Assembly (NCBI GenBank): GCA_934700895.1
Contig: CAKUXV010000001.1
Location: 60,070 to 124,069, forward strand
DNA length: 64,000 bases
Origin: an uncultured Bacilli bacterium
GTDB lineage: Bacteria; Bacillota_I; Bacilli_A; RFN20; CAG-826
Direction: 5' to 3'
A model generated the notes under the pieces. The model did no database searches and was not told the DNA's origin. It saw only the letters and a list, made by a program, of their open reading frames with translations. The position numbers and the translations under genes are program-made. Shown piece by piece: positions 1 through 9,856 of this stretch; position 1 is the stretch's first letter; every line of letters starts with the position of its first letter.

Positions 1-1231
1 AGTCGATGCCATTTTCTTGCAAGGCGGACTCGTTTTCCGAGACGGGGGCAAACGCGATATGAAATTGAGTTTGAAGAAGAAGGGATTTTAATGCATCTTC
101 GAGTTCTTTTTCGATTTTAACGGATGTTTTTTGACGAATCTGGCTAAGTTCCAAAGCTGTTTTGTAAGCCTCGTTAAAGGCCTCTTCCTTGGCTTTTTCT
201 TTTTCCTTTAACGCGTCTTCTAAACTGGCGTTATCTCCAAATCCTTTTTGTAGGTAATCGCGGTATTCCAAGAGTTCGGAATAGGAACGATGGTATTTCC
301 GTTTGCATTCTTCGATATCGCTTTGCCTTTGTTCCAGTTCGTCGAGCTTCTCCGGGTCATAATCCATGTCGGAGAGTTTCCGTTTTAATTCATCGAACAA
401 ATCGGAAAGCTCGTAATAACGATCATCGATTTTTTCTTGGTAAGCTTCGTATTCTTTTTCGTATCCGGATAGTTTTTTAAGGAGTTGATCTAGTTCATAA
501 AGCCGATCGAAGTAGTCACTACGCAGAATTTGGTTGACTTCTTGATGGAGGGAATAGACCTTGTCGTAGTTTTTCAAAACATCGATTTGGGCTTCGATTT
601 CCTCTTCTTCGCCTTCATAGAGATTCAAGGCTTTTAGTTCTTGATATTGATAGGCATAAAAATCCTTGCCCGCGTCCAGCTGCTCTTTCTCTTTTTTAAG
701 GGCTTCGTATTCTTCTTTGGCATGGAGGAAAACGTTTCTTTTTTCTTGGTAGGCTTCTAAGGTGGTTCCAAGGATCGAGGGGGATAACCCATCGATAATG
801 GAAAGGTAGTTCTCGGGATTTAAAATTTTTTGGAAATCGAATTGGGAATGGATATCGGCGAGCTCGCTGCCTAATTTCTGCAAATCGGGCAAAGAAACGG
901 TGACCCCGTTGATCTTGGCGTAGCTTTTGCTTCGCCCGATGATGCGTTCAATGGTGAGTTGATCTTGGCGAGGGATATCACGTTTAGCCAAGAATGCCTC
1001 GATGCGTGGGGAAGAAGTAAAAACACCTTGAATGGAAGCCTTATCTTCACCAGCCCGGATGAGTTCTGTGGATGCGCGTGCGCCTAATAATAAAGATAAA
1101 GAATCAATGACAAGGCTTTTTCCTGCTCCGGTTTCACCGGTTAAAACCGTGAATCCGTCATGGAAATGAGCATCGACATTGGAGAGAATGGCAAGGTTAT
1201 GAATGGTTAATCGTTCTAGCATTGCTTCCAT
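1..1231 (-). CDS. recN: DNA repair protein RecN, N-terminal portion (gene continues past the window start)
   Basis: Minus-strand translation from the ATG at 1229-1231 reads MEAMLERLTIHNLAILS...LTGETGAGKSL (Walker A). A long Glu/Lys-rich coiled-coil region typical of RecN follows. The ORF is cut by the window edge, so it is absent from the ORF track. Confidence 0.8.
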   Translation of the reverse strand, partial: MEAMLERLTIHNLAILSNVDAHFHDGFTVLTGETGAGKSLVIDSLSLLLGARASTELIRAGEDKASIQGVFTSSPRIEAFLAKRDIPRQDQLTIERIIGRSKSYAKINGVTVSLPDLQKLGSELADIHSQFDFQKILNPENYLSIIDGLSPSILGTTLEAYQEKRNVFLHAKEEYEALKKEKEQLDAGKDFYAYQYQELKALNLYEGEEEEIEAQIDVLKNYDKVYSLHQEVNQILRSDYFDRLYELDQLLKKLSGYEKEYEAYQEKIDDRYYELSDLFDELKRKLSDMDYDPEKLDELEQRQSDIEECKRKYHRSYSELLEYRDYLQKGFGDNASLEDALKEKEKAKEEAFNEAYKTALELSQIRQKTSVKIEKELEDALKSLLLQTQFHIAFAPVSENESALQENGID

Positions 1232-1582
1232 TATAAGCGTTTTTCTTAGAAGCAGTAGATGGTCCGCGAAAAGAAGAGATTAAACAGGGAAATTGGCGGA
1301 TTAATCCAAGGAGCGAGTCTACTTAGAAAGAAGGAGTAACTACGAAATTTCGTCTAATGTTTGGGATAGTAATTAGACAAAGGCAACATTTAATCGACAT
1401 ATTTTATTTTAAGCCCATGGAACAAACCTCTTGAAATTAATTTAGATGCGAACTTAGGAGTTCAACTACTAATTTAACCTCTAAGTTCAAGGGTTCACGC
1501 ATCGAATCAGGGTAAAAATTAAATTGAAAAAAATAGTGCAATCCCCTTGATAAAGGCGTAGAAGAAAGTAAGATATACAACG

Positions 1583-1609
1583 TTAGCACTCGAACGTATT
1601 AACTGCTAA
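1583..1609 (+). promoter_or_regulatory. CIRCE-like inverted repeat (HrcA operator candidate) upstream of htpG
   Basis: TTAGCACTC-gaacgtatt-AACTGCTAA matches the CIRCE consensus TTAGCACTC-N9-GAGTGCTAA with 2 mismatches in the right arm. It sits just downstream of a sigma-A-like promoter (TTGATA at 1547-1552, then TAAGAT) and 23 nt before the htpG start. Confidence 0.5.
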
Positions 1610-1631
1610 AACTCAAAAGGAGATACGAAAG

Positions 1632-3608
1632 ATGAAAGAAGAAAAACAATTTAAAACCGAGTCCAAACAACTTTTGAACTTGATGATCAACTCCATTTAT
1701 TCGAATAAGGAAATCTTTCTTCGCGAATTGATTTCTAACGCGAGCGATGCGATCGACAAATACCGTTTCCTTGCTGTTTCTAGCGAAGGGAAATATCCAA
1801 CGAAAGACCACAAGATTTTCCTTTCGGCCAATAAGGACGAACGTTGGCTTCAAGTCCAGGATAATGGTATCGGCATGTCCAAAGAAGACCTCGAGAACCA
1901 CCTTGGCACGATTGCCAAAAGTGGAACCAAGGAATTCTTGGAGAAGATGAAAGAAGCCAAAGACAAGAAGGAAGACGTCGATTTAATCGGTCAGTTTGGC
2001 GTTGGTTTCTATAGCGCCTTCATGGTGGCGAAAAAGATTGAAGTCTACACTAAGGATTTGGAAGGCAACGCCTATAAGTTCTCAAGCGATGGCGTAGAGA
2101 CCTATACGATTGAAGATGATCCAAATAGTTTCTTGCCGGATTCCGGCTCGGCGGTTCGCGTCTATTTAAAAGACGACGAAGAAGACGAGAAGTATTCGAC
2201 CTACCTTGAAGAATGGACCCTTTCTCGTTTGGTGAAGAAATATAGCGATTTCATCCGTTATCCGATTCAACAAAAGGTGAAGAAATCCGTCCAGGACGTC
2301 GACGCGGATGGCAAGCCCATCAAAGACAAGTATCACGATGAAGAAGTGATCGAGACGCTTAATTCGATGGTTCCGTTATGGAAAAAAGCAAAAAAAGACG
2401 TCACGGATAAAGACCTCAACGAATTCTACAAGAATCGGTTCAACGATTACGAAGACCCGATGTTAGCGATGAATATTAAGGTCGAGGGAACCTTGGAATA
2501 TAACGCGCTTGTTTATATTCCTGCCCGCGCCCCCTATAACCTCTATTCTCAAAACTATGAAAAAGGCTTGGCTCTTTATGCCAAGGGAGTCTTCATTGAG
2601 GAGAAAAACAAAGAACTCGTCCCCGATTACTTGAAGTTCCTCCGTGGTTTAATCGATTCCGAGGATTTGCAGTTGAACATCTCCCGTGAAATGCTTCAAA
2701 AGAATCCTTTGCTATCGAAGGTAGCCAAAAACATTGAAAAGAAGGTCGTCGACCGTTTGATTCAATGGAAGAAAGAGGATTATGAGAAATACCTCGAATT
2801 CTGGAAGGAATATGGATCCTTCATTAAGTTCGGCATCTATAGCTCCTATGGAATGAAGAAGGAAGAACTTCAGGATCTATTGGTCTTTGATCATCTAAAT
2901 GGGGATAAGCCTATTTCGTTAGACGACTATAAAGCCGCTTTGAAGGAAGGGCAAAAGACCATTTGGTATGTCTCGGGAAAGACGATTGAATCGCTGAAAA
3001 TGCTGCCGGAGATGGCTAAATACCGTAAATCTGGGGAAGACGTGTTGCTTTTAACCAACGACATCGATGAATTCACTCTCCAAGCGATGCAGGAATTCAA
3101 AGAACTGTCCTTCAAGAACATCACTGCGGAAGATAAAGAATCCTTAAGCGAAGAAGAGAAGAAAGAAATCGAATCCTTGTCGACGGAACACCGTCGCTTC
3201 TTGGATGACGTGAAGTCTGCTTTGAATGGAAAAGTGGATGACGTGGATTTCTCGTTGCAGCTCGAAGATGCGCCGGTATCGATCTCGACCAAGAATGGCT
3301 TAAGCATGCAGATGGCGAAGACCCTTAATGAGAATCCGGAGACGGATGCTCATCCAGAAGAAAAAGTCCAAGCTCAAAAGGTTTTGAACATCAACCCGAA
3401 CCACCCGTTGTTTAGAAGCCTTGCCAATGTGACGGACGAAAAAGAAATCGCCGCGGTCGGACATTTGCTTTACGATGAAGCGATGCTTGCCGAAGGGTTT
3501 GAAATCGAAGACAAAGCCGAATTTGTGAAAAACTTGAACGCCTTGTTCGAGAAAGCCTATCCAAGCAACGAAAAAGAAGCGATTGTCGACGAAGACAAAG
3601 AGGCTTAA
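1632..3608 (+). CDS. htpG: Molecular chaperone HtpG (Hsp90 family)
   Basis: 658 aa. It carries the N-terminal GHKL ATPase signature ELISNASDAIDKYRF and has Hsp90 middle and C-terminal domains. An AAAAGGAG ribosome-binding site (RBS) precedes the ATG. Confidence 0.95.
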   Translation: MKEEKQFKTESKQLLNLMINSIYSNKEIFLRELISNASDAIDKYRFLAVSSEGKYPTKDHKIFLSANKDERWLQVQDNGIGMSKEDLENHLGTIAKSGTKEFLEKMKEAKDKKEDVDLIGQFGVGFYSAFMVAKKIEVYTKDLEGNAYKFSSDGVETYTIEDDPNSFLPDSGSAVRVYLKDDEEDEKYSTYLEEWTLSRLVKKYSDFIRYPIQQKVKKSVQDVDADGKPIKDKYHDEEVIETLNSMVPLWKKAKKDVTDKDLNEFYKNRFNDYEDPMLAMNIKVEGTLEYNALVYIPARAPYNLYSQNYEKGLALYAKGVFIEEKNKELVPDYLKFLRGLIDSEDLQLNISREMLQKNPLLSKVAKNIEKKVVDRLIQWKKEDYEKYLEFWKEYGSFIKFGIYSSYGMKKEELQDLLVFDHLNGDKPISLDDYKAALKEGQKTIWYVSGKTIESLKMLPEMAKYRKSGEDVLLLTNDIDEFTLQAMQEFKELSFKNITAEDKESLSEEEKKEIESLSTEHRRFLDDVKSALNGKVDDVDFSLQLEDAPVSISTKNGLSMQMAKTLNENPETDAHPEEKVQAQKVLNINPNHPLFRSLANVTDEKEIAAVGHLLYDEAMLAEGFEIEDKAEFVKNLNALFEKAYPSNEKEAIVDEDKEA

Positions 3609-3627
3609 GAACCGTAGATATCCATGC

Positions 3628-3661
3628 GAAAGGCTGCCAGTTAAAGAGGCGGCCTTTTCGT
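3628..3661 (+). terminator. Rho-independent terminator after htpG
   Basis: Hairpin AAAGGCTGCC...GGCGGCCTTT with one G-U pair, followed by TTTTC. Confidence 0.5.
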
Positions 3662-3892
3662 ATGCAAGATTTGAAGAGTTTCTAAACACGGAGTTGAAAT
3701 CGATATCCGCATCCCCTATTTTTTTGCGTAAATACATTGACTGTAACTGGAACGCAGGTTGCTTAAAGGTGTTGCGCAAACATAAAACCCGAGCACTTGA
3801 AAGACTTTTGCCTTTTTAAAAAGCCCGTTTCCACGCTTGCTTGCTTTTTCCATATATATCCTAAAAGTAATCAAACCATGGAGAGATGCCGT

Positions 3893-4105
3893 ATGAATAA
3901 GCGCAATTCTTTTGTCTTCATCGGCGGTTTGGCAGTTTTAACGGGGCACAACTCCACCTCGGAGACTCCGCCGGAGCCTATTGAATGCCTTTTGGCCGTG
4001 ATGAATAACTTCGCTTCACACGGTGGGAAAGAAGAATCTTTTTATAAACTTATTCATGACTGCGACTTGGTTGAATACCGAAACGAAATAGGGGAGTTCC
4101 GTTAA
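3893..4105 (+). CDS. Small hypothetical protein (about 70 aa) with a hydrophobic N-terminus
   Basis: ATG at 3893 is preceded by GGAGAGA. The product is MNKRNSFVFIGGLAVLTGHNSTSETPPEPIE... with a signal-peptide-like start. No recognisable domain. Confidence 0.25.
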   Translation: MNKRNSFVFIGGLAVLTGHNSTSETPPEPIECLLAVMNNFASHGGKEESFYKLIHDCDLVEYRNEIGEFR

Positions 4106-4516
4106 AATTAGAAGATTTTGGTATGGATTTCGACCAATTAATCGGTGGAGACGCCCTTGACATTACCTTGGAAGGGACAGGATAAGTTGCGGTACAAGCT
4201 CTTTTGCCCGGCGATGCTTTATAAACGATCAAATCGATAGGATCGAAGTCAGCTATGTCGATGTTTATTCGGCTGTTATCCGTCAGAGTGGAGACGATAT
4301 TTTTTTCTTATGCAGATGGCTCCGAAGGACCCGAGATTGGTTTATCTGAATCGCGCGTCGGCTATTGCTTAAGTAAAAACAACGAGACCACCGTGAAAAT
4401 GAAATTCAAGGACTACGAGGACGGAACGGCTCTTTATTACGCCTATTAATAACCCTTTGTACTATAAGTTGCCTGTACGATGATTATAATCCGCGATAAA
4501 ACTATCTAATGTAACA

Positions 4517-4550
4517 GGCCGTCTTCCAGTTATCGGGAGACGGCCTTTTT
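4517..4550. terminator. Hairpin plus T-tract terminator (plus-strand sense; may act bidirectionally for the convergent epimerase gene)
   Basis: GGCCGTCT...AGACGGCC stem (8 bp) followed by TTTTT at 4546-4550. An A-tract lies on the other side. Confidence 0.5.
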
Positions 4551-4551
4551 G

Positions 4552-5544
4552 CTATTCCATATCGAAGGAATAGGAGTAGATGAATGTTTTCCCCGCCGCT
4601 AAATGGATGAGGTTTTTCTTTTTTTCCAAATCCTTTTCTAAAGGCAAAACATCAGGAGTAGATAGCCATGGCTCAATGGCGACGAAATCTCCTTTTAAAT
4701 CCCTCCACAAACATAGATGAGGGGCAGTTCCTAAATGGAAACGAATTTTAGAACCATCTTTCTTATTTAAAACAACATCTTTGAAGTCCCTTGAGTCAAG
4801 AATTGCCGTGTCTACTTTTCGGAAGAAATCGGAGGATAAATCCATGACGTTATTTTGGAGTCCAGGAACTATCAGGAGACGATTGCTGACAAATCCTCCC
4901 GGCAACAATTCTGTCATTTTGATTTCTTCTTTGCAGGGCGGAAGAAGAAGGGTGTTCCCGGAAGTTTCCAAAAGTCCATTGGAATCTTTTTGACAAGGGA
5001 CGCGGAACGCAGGATGGCCACCAAGACCGAATATTAGGGTACTGTCCCCCTTGTTTTGGATTTCATAAGTGACTTGAACCCCATGAGGCAAAAGAGAGAA
5101 AGCGGCCTTTGCTTCAAAGGGGAAGGGGTAATGGATTAATGTTTCTTCGTTGGAGATAAAAACGATTTCAATGGTGTTCTCGGATACTTTTCTTCCTCGC
5201 CCTTCTTGATTTAACAGTAGGCCATGCATTGGCATGGTATAGGTTTTGCCGCGATAAAGATAACTCCCATTGACCATTCTTCCCGTGAAGGGGAAGAGAA
5301 AATGATCCTGACGTTGCCAAGATTCTGGAAGAGGTTGATAGAAGAGTTCTTCGTTTCGGGTTTTATCAAAAACGGAGGTGAGGTTTCCTCCAAATGAAGT
5401 GACTCCGATCCGTAAAACGTTATTTTCTAAAGTGTAGTTCATGCGTTCATTATGGCATAAAGAAGGTTTTGGGCCTATGGAATCTAATAAAACCAGGTTT
5501 TGCTGGTTTGTTTTTTGTACAAGTTTTTCATGTTTTTTACTCAT
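4552..5544 (-). CDS. Aldose 1-epimerase family protein (galactose mutarotase-like)
   Basis: 330-aa ORF. Motifs ...GGHPAFRV... and ...YPFPF..., and the overall beta-sandwich pattern, fit the aldose-1-epimerase family. The true start may be the internal MNYTLENNVLRIG at 5442. Confidence 0.6.
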   Translation of the reverse strand: MSKKHEKLVQKTNQQNLVLLDSIGPKPSLCHNERMNYTLENNVLRIGVTSFGGNLTSVFDKTRNEELFYQPLPESWQRQDHFLFPFTGRMVNGSYLYRGKTYTMPMHGLLLNQEGRGRKVSENTIEIVFISNEETLIHYPFPFEAKAAFSLLPHGVQVTYEIQNKGDSTLIFGLGGHPAFRVPCQKDSNGLLETSGNTLLLPPCKEEIKMTELLPGGFVSNRLLIVPGLQNNVMDLSSDFFRKVDTAILDSRDFKDVVLNKKDGSKIRFHLGTAPHLCLWRDLKGDFVAIEPWLSTPDVLPLEKDLEKKKNLIHLAAGKTFIYSYSFDME

Positions 5545-5608
5545 GATGAAAATAGGAAGAAACGATTAGAAGAATTCCATGTACAATCAAGCTAACAGAG
5601 GATTTTGC

Positions 5609-7225
5609 ATGCAAGGATATCAGCATTTCGGTGTCATGGTCGACGTTTCCCGCAATGGGGTTTTAAATCACGACGAATTGATTCGTTTTGTGGATTTGAT
5701 CGCCAAGATTGGCTATGACACGTTAGAACTTTATAGCGAAGACATTTATGAAATCGATGGGGAGCCTTATTTTGGATATCTTCGTGGGGCCTATTCCAAG
5801 AAGGAAATCCAAGAAATGGATCGTTATTGCGCTTCCAAGGGAATAGAACTCATTCCTTGTATCCAAACTTTGGCCCATTTCACGAATCCGGCTAAACTGG
5901 GCTGCTTCCAAAAACTGCTTGATATCGACGATATCCTTAATGTGGATAAGCCAGAGGTGTACGAATTCATTGAGCGCTTGATTGCCAATGTCCGATCCTG
6001 TTTCACTTCAAAAAACCTCAATATTGGAATGGATGAGGCCTATAACCTTGGATATGGGAAACATCTCCGGGAATATGGGTACGAAAAGCAAGGCGAAATC
6101 ATCGCCCGTCATTTGGAACGCGTGGCTAAGATTGCCAAAAAATATGATTTTGACTGCCACATGTGGGGCGATATGTTTGTTCGTTTGTCCAATAACGGCC
6201 ATTACTTGGATGAAATCGATATCGAGAATTTCCACGCTCCCAAAGAGGTGGTGAATCGAATTCCTTCTAACGTCAGCCTCGCCTATTGGGATTATGGTCA
6301 CGAAGACCCCCATTTCTATGACCGCATGTTTGAATTTTATGGCGAATTCCACCATCCCGTTTGGTTCGCGGGAGCTGGATATACCTGGCGTGGATTCTGC
6401 CCACAAAACGCCTATTCGCTTAGTCTATTGAAAGCTTCTTTCCAAAGCATGAGAAAAAACCGCGTGGAACATTATCTCCTTACCCTTTGGGGAGATAATG
6501 GAAAAGAATGTTCCCTTTATGAGGCCTTGCCCGTCATCTTTGCTGCTTCCGAGTTTGCCAAAGGGAATGAAGATATTTCAGATATCGCAAGGAAAATGAA
6601 GGGCGTCCTTGGATTATCCTTTGAAGATTTCCTGCTTTTAGATAAGCCGAACTTAGGAACTGTGAAAGGCGAGCCGCTTGGCGGCGCCAATAGCCTCTCC
6701 AAGTGCCTGCTTTATTCCGACCCCTTGATGGGTGTCTATGACTTGGACTTCAAAGAACTGGATCCCATGGATTTTAAGACGATGAAAATAGAAATCGAAG
6801 AAGCGGGAAAACGAAACGAACCCTATCGATACGTATTCGATATGGTTGCTGCGTTGTGCGGAGTTTTGGAACATAAAGCCTATTGGGGAATCAAGGCCCA
6901 TGAAGCTTATTTTGCCCAAGACAAAAAGCAACTAAAGGTCCTTTGCGACGAATGCGATGACATCATAGTTTCTTTAAATGTTTTCCAACGCTCGTTCGAA
7001 AAATTATGGCTAAAGGAAAACAAGGCCTTTGGCTATGAAATCCAATGTGCGCGACTTGGTGGATTAAAAGAACGGATGGCCTATGCAAAACGCCGTTTAA
7101 GCGCTTATCTAAAGGGAGAAATCGATTCGATGGAAGAACTAGAAGCGAAGCAACTTCCTTCTTATCGCCCCGAAGGGCTTCGCGTGAATAATTACCGTTG
7201 GTCGGTTTCTACGAGCGAAATCTAA
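5609..7225 (+). CDS. TIM-barrel glycoside hydrolase, GH20-like (putative beta-N-acetylhexosaminidase or lacto-N-biosidase-like), cytoplasmic
   Basis: FGVMVDVSRNGV resembles the GH20 R-x-DxSRH motif, and NIGMDEAYNLG resembles the GH20 H-x-GGDE catalytic motif. AGAGGA RBS lies 8 nt before the ATG at 5609; the ORF track start at 5579 is also possible. No signal peptide. Confidence 0.5.
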   Translation: MQGYQHFGVMVDVSRNGVLNHDELIRFVDLIAKIGYDTLELYSEDIYEIDGEPYFGYLRGAYSKKEIQEMDRYCASKGIELIPCIQTLAHFTNPAKLGCFQKLLDIDDILNVDKPEVYEFIERLIANVRSCFTSKNLNIGMDEAYNLGYGKHLREYGYEKQGEIIARHLERVAKIAKKYDFDCHMWGDMFVRLSNNGHYLDEIDIENFHAPKEVVNRIPSNVSLAYWDYGHEDPHFYDRMFEFYGEFHHPVWFAGAGYTWRGFCPQNAYSLSLLKASFQSMRKNRVEHYLLTLWGDNGKECSLYEALPVIFAASEFAKGNEDISDIARKMKGVLGLSFEDFLLLDKPNLGTVKGEPLGGANSLSKCLLYSDPLMGVYDLDFKELDPMDFKTMKIEIEEAGKRNEPYRYVFDMVAALCGVLEHKAYWGIKAHEAYFAQDKKQLKVLCDECDDIIVSLNVFQRSFEKLWLKENKAFGYEIQCARLGGLKERMAYAKRRLSAYLKGEIDSMEELEAKQLPSYRPEGLRVNNYRWSVSTSEI

Positions 7226-7237
7226 AAAAGGTGGTTT

Positions 7238-9856
7238 ATGAAGAAATTAGAATTACGTTATGGGCAACCTGCGCCCATGAATATCGAAGGATGGGAAAAA
7301 TATTCCCTTCCGATTGGAAATGGGTATTTCGGTGCAAGTGTGTTCGGCGGGATTGAAGACGAGGAAATCCAATTCACCACGAATGAATATGCGAACGATT
7401 ATCCACATGGGGGTGTTTCCTCCTTTTCGGAGATTCATATCGCCTATCAACCTAAAAATAACATCTCGGACTACATCCGTTCTTTGTCTCTTCGAACCGG
7501 GTGCGCGTCTTCTTCGTTTTTCGATGGAAGCAATCACATCCAAAAGGAATGCTTTTGTTCTTATCCCGATCATTGCTTTGCTTTTTCCATCGAAGCGAAT
7601 CAACCCATCGATTTGAATATCGGCCTCCTCATCTCCTATTTGGGAAAGCGCAGCATTGAAGATGGCGGAAGAGAAGGACGCGTCTATTTTGAAAAAAATG
7701 TTCTTGTGATGCGAGGAACCCATCCTGCCAAAAATCTGATTTACGAAGGACGGCTGGGAGTTATTTCCAATGGAAAAGTGGAACAAAAAGAAATGAGTTT
7801 TTGCATCAAAGGAGCGACCCACGTATCGATTTTCTATGCGGCAGGGACTTCTTATTTGCTTTGTCCAAAGACTTTCTTCAGCCATAAGGCGGAAGGGAAA
7901 GATCCTCATGAAGATGTTACGAAGCGTCTTCAAAATGCGATGGGGATTGGCTATGCCGAGTTAAAAGAACGCCATGTCCAAGATTACGTCTCCTTAATGG
8001 GCCGCGTGGATTTGGATCTTGGAGGAAAAGAAGATGCCCGTTATACGGATGAATTATTAGAAAGCTTCCGCCAAGGCGAATCCATCCCGTATTTAGAAGA
8101 GCTGTATTTCCAATATGGACGCCACCTTTTGGTTTCTTCTTCTCGGAAAGGCAGCTTGCCTGCTTCCTTGCAAGGAGTATGGACGGCCCACGATAAATCG
8201 CCGTGGGGGAGCGGATTCTGGCATAACATCAATATCCAGATGAATTATTGGCCGGCTTTTGTGACGAATCTTGGCAAGACTTTTGATGCCTACGCGGATT
8301 TCTTCTTGGCCTATTTGCCTTATGCTCAAACGAGTGCCTCTAAATGGGTGCAGGAAGAAAATCCCACCTCCTATGAAGAAGGGGAAGGAAAATGCGGTTG
8401 GATCATCGGAACGGGTGCTTTTGCCTATGAAATTGAGGGCATGCGTCATCAAACCCATTCGGGCCCTGGGACCGGAGGAATGACCAGTCGTTTGTTCTAT
8501 GATGCCTACGCCTTTACCTTGGATCAGGATTTTGCAGCCAAATACGTTGAACCTGCGGTCCACGGCATGGCGAAATTCTTTGTCCGCTGCGTCAAAAAAT
8601 ATGACGATAAATATCTTTGCTCGTATTCTGCTTCCCCCGAACAGCTTCTGGGCGGACACTGGGTATTAAGCGATCCTGCCCAGCAATATTATCACACGGT
8701 TGGCTGCGCGTTTGATGAGCAAATGATGCAGGATAATGCTTTAAACGACCTACGTATCGCCGCAGTTTTAGGAAAAGAAGACGACACGACGAAATTAGAA
8801 CGTCTTCAAGCCAACCATTATGATCCTGTCCAAATCGGTTACAGCGGACAAATCAAGGAATACCAAGAAGAACATTTCTATGGGGAAATCGGCGAATATC
8901 ATCACCGTCATCTTTCTCAACTCGTTGGCTTGATGCCGGGAAGCTTAATCACCCATCAAACCCCTGCTTGGTTAGACGCGGCAAAACGCACCTTGGAACT
9001 TCGCGGGGATTTCTCTACTGGTTGGGCTTTGGCGCACCGCCTTTGCTGCTGGGCTCGTGTTGGGGATGGTGACCATTGCTATCGTTTGCTGAGAATGCTC
9101 CTAGAAAAGAAGACCCACCCGAACCTTTGGGACGTCCATCCGCCTTTCCAAATCGATGGAAATTTCGGAGCAACAGCAGGCATCGCCGAAATGCTCCTTC
9201 AAAGTCATGAAGGATATATTTCTTTGCTGCCTGCCTTGCCTTCTGCTTGGAAAAAGGTGTCTTTCCGCGGACTAAAAGCCCGTGGCAATTTTGAAATTTC
9301 TTGTTGTTATGAAAACGGCGTGATTCAAGAAGTTCGTCTTCTCTCCCTGAAAGGGCAAGAGGCACGGATTCGTTACGAGGGCATTACCCACGCGATTCAG
9401 GTGGAAAGCGAAGAAGGGGTGTACGCCAACGTCGAAGGGGCGGAAGTCTCTTTCCCAACGATTCCAGGGCATACCTATGTGATAAAAGGGTTTGTTCCTT
9501 TAGAAGTCTTTGCCCCCGTTGAATGTTTTCAAGCTTCTTATGCGATGGACGGCGTGCATCTATCTTGGCAAGGAAGCGGGCCTTTCGCTTTGTATCGCGC
9601 GGAAGGGGACTCCCCCCGTTACCAATTGCTTGCCGTGTTAGAACGTTCTTCTTTCCTCGACAAGGACTTTTCGATGAAGCGAAAGGGGAGACTAACTTAC
9701 AAAGTGATGCCCGCTCACCGGGCAAGCCAAGAGAAAAATGGGGCTTTGGCCTTCCTTTCTCCCGCTAGTGAGTTAGAAGAAGATCGTTACCAACTAAAAA
9801 TCGCGGTGAATAACCAATTCGCTGAGAAGATTGGCTGGAGCGAAAAAGACGATTAA
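7238..9856 (+). CDS. Glycoside hydrolase family 95 (alpha-L-fucosidase, AfcA-like), cytoplasmic
   Basis: 872 aa. The N-terminus LELRYGQPAPMNIEGWEKYSLPIGNGYFGASVFGGIEDEEIQFTTNEY matches the GH95 signature (W..ALPIGNG.LGAMVFGG...E.IQLNE). AAGGTGG RBS precedes the start. Confidence 0.85.
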   Translation: MKKLELRYGQPAPMNIEGWEKYSLPIGNGYFGASVFGGIEDEEIQFTTNEYANDYPHGGVSSFSEIHIAYQPKNNISDYIRSLSLRTGCASSSFFDGSNHIQKECFCSYPDHCFAFSIEANQPIDLNIGLLISYLGKRSIEDGGREGRVYFEKNVLVMRGTHPAKNLIYEGRLGVISNGKVEQKEMSFCIKGATHVSIFYAAGTSYLLCPKTFFSHKAEGKDPHEDVTKRLQNAMGIGYAELKERHVQDYVSLMGRVDLDLGGKEDARYTDELLESFRQGESIPYLEELYFQYGRHLLVSSSRKGSLPASLQGVWTAHDKSPWGSGFWHNINIQMNYWPAFVTNLGKTFDAYADFFLAYLPYAQTSASKWVQEENPTSYEEGEGKCGWIIGTGAFAYEIEGMRHQTHSGPGTGGMTSRLFYDAYAFTLDQDFAAKYVEPAVHGMAKFFVRCVKKYDDKYLCSYSASPEQLLGGHWVLSDPAQQYYHTVGCAFDEQMMQDNALNDLRIAAVLGKEDDTTKLERLQANHYDPVQIGYSGQIKEYQEEHFYGEIGEYHHRHLSQLVGLMPGSLITHQTPAWLDAAKRTLELRGDFSTGWALAHRLCCWARVGDGDHCYRLLRMLLEKKTHPNLWDVHPPFQIDGNFGATAGIAEMLLQSHEGYISLLPALPSAWKKVSFRGLKARGNFEISCCYENGVIQEVRLLSLKGQEARIRYEGITHAIQVESEEGVYANVEGAEVSFPTIPGHTYVIKGFVPLEVFAPVECFQASYAMDGVHLSWQGSGPFALYRAEGDSPRYQLLAVLERSSFLDKDFSMKRKGRLTYKVMPAHRASQEKNGALAFLSPASELEEDRYQLKIAVNNQFAEKIGWSEKDD

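Noticed and set aside
8093-8659. 188-aa minus-strand ORF, plus 7253-7933 and 9015-9725 ORFs
   Set aside because: They lie entirely antisense within the strongly supported GH95 gene. They have no RBS and low-complexity Arg/Gly-rich products, so they are spurious.
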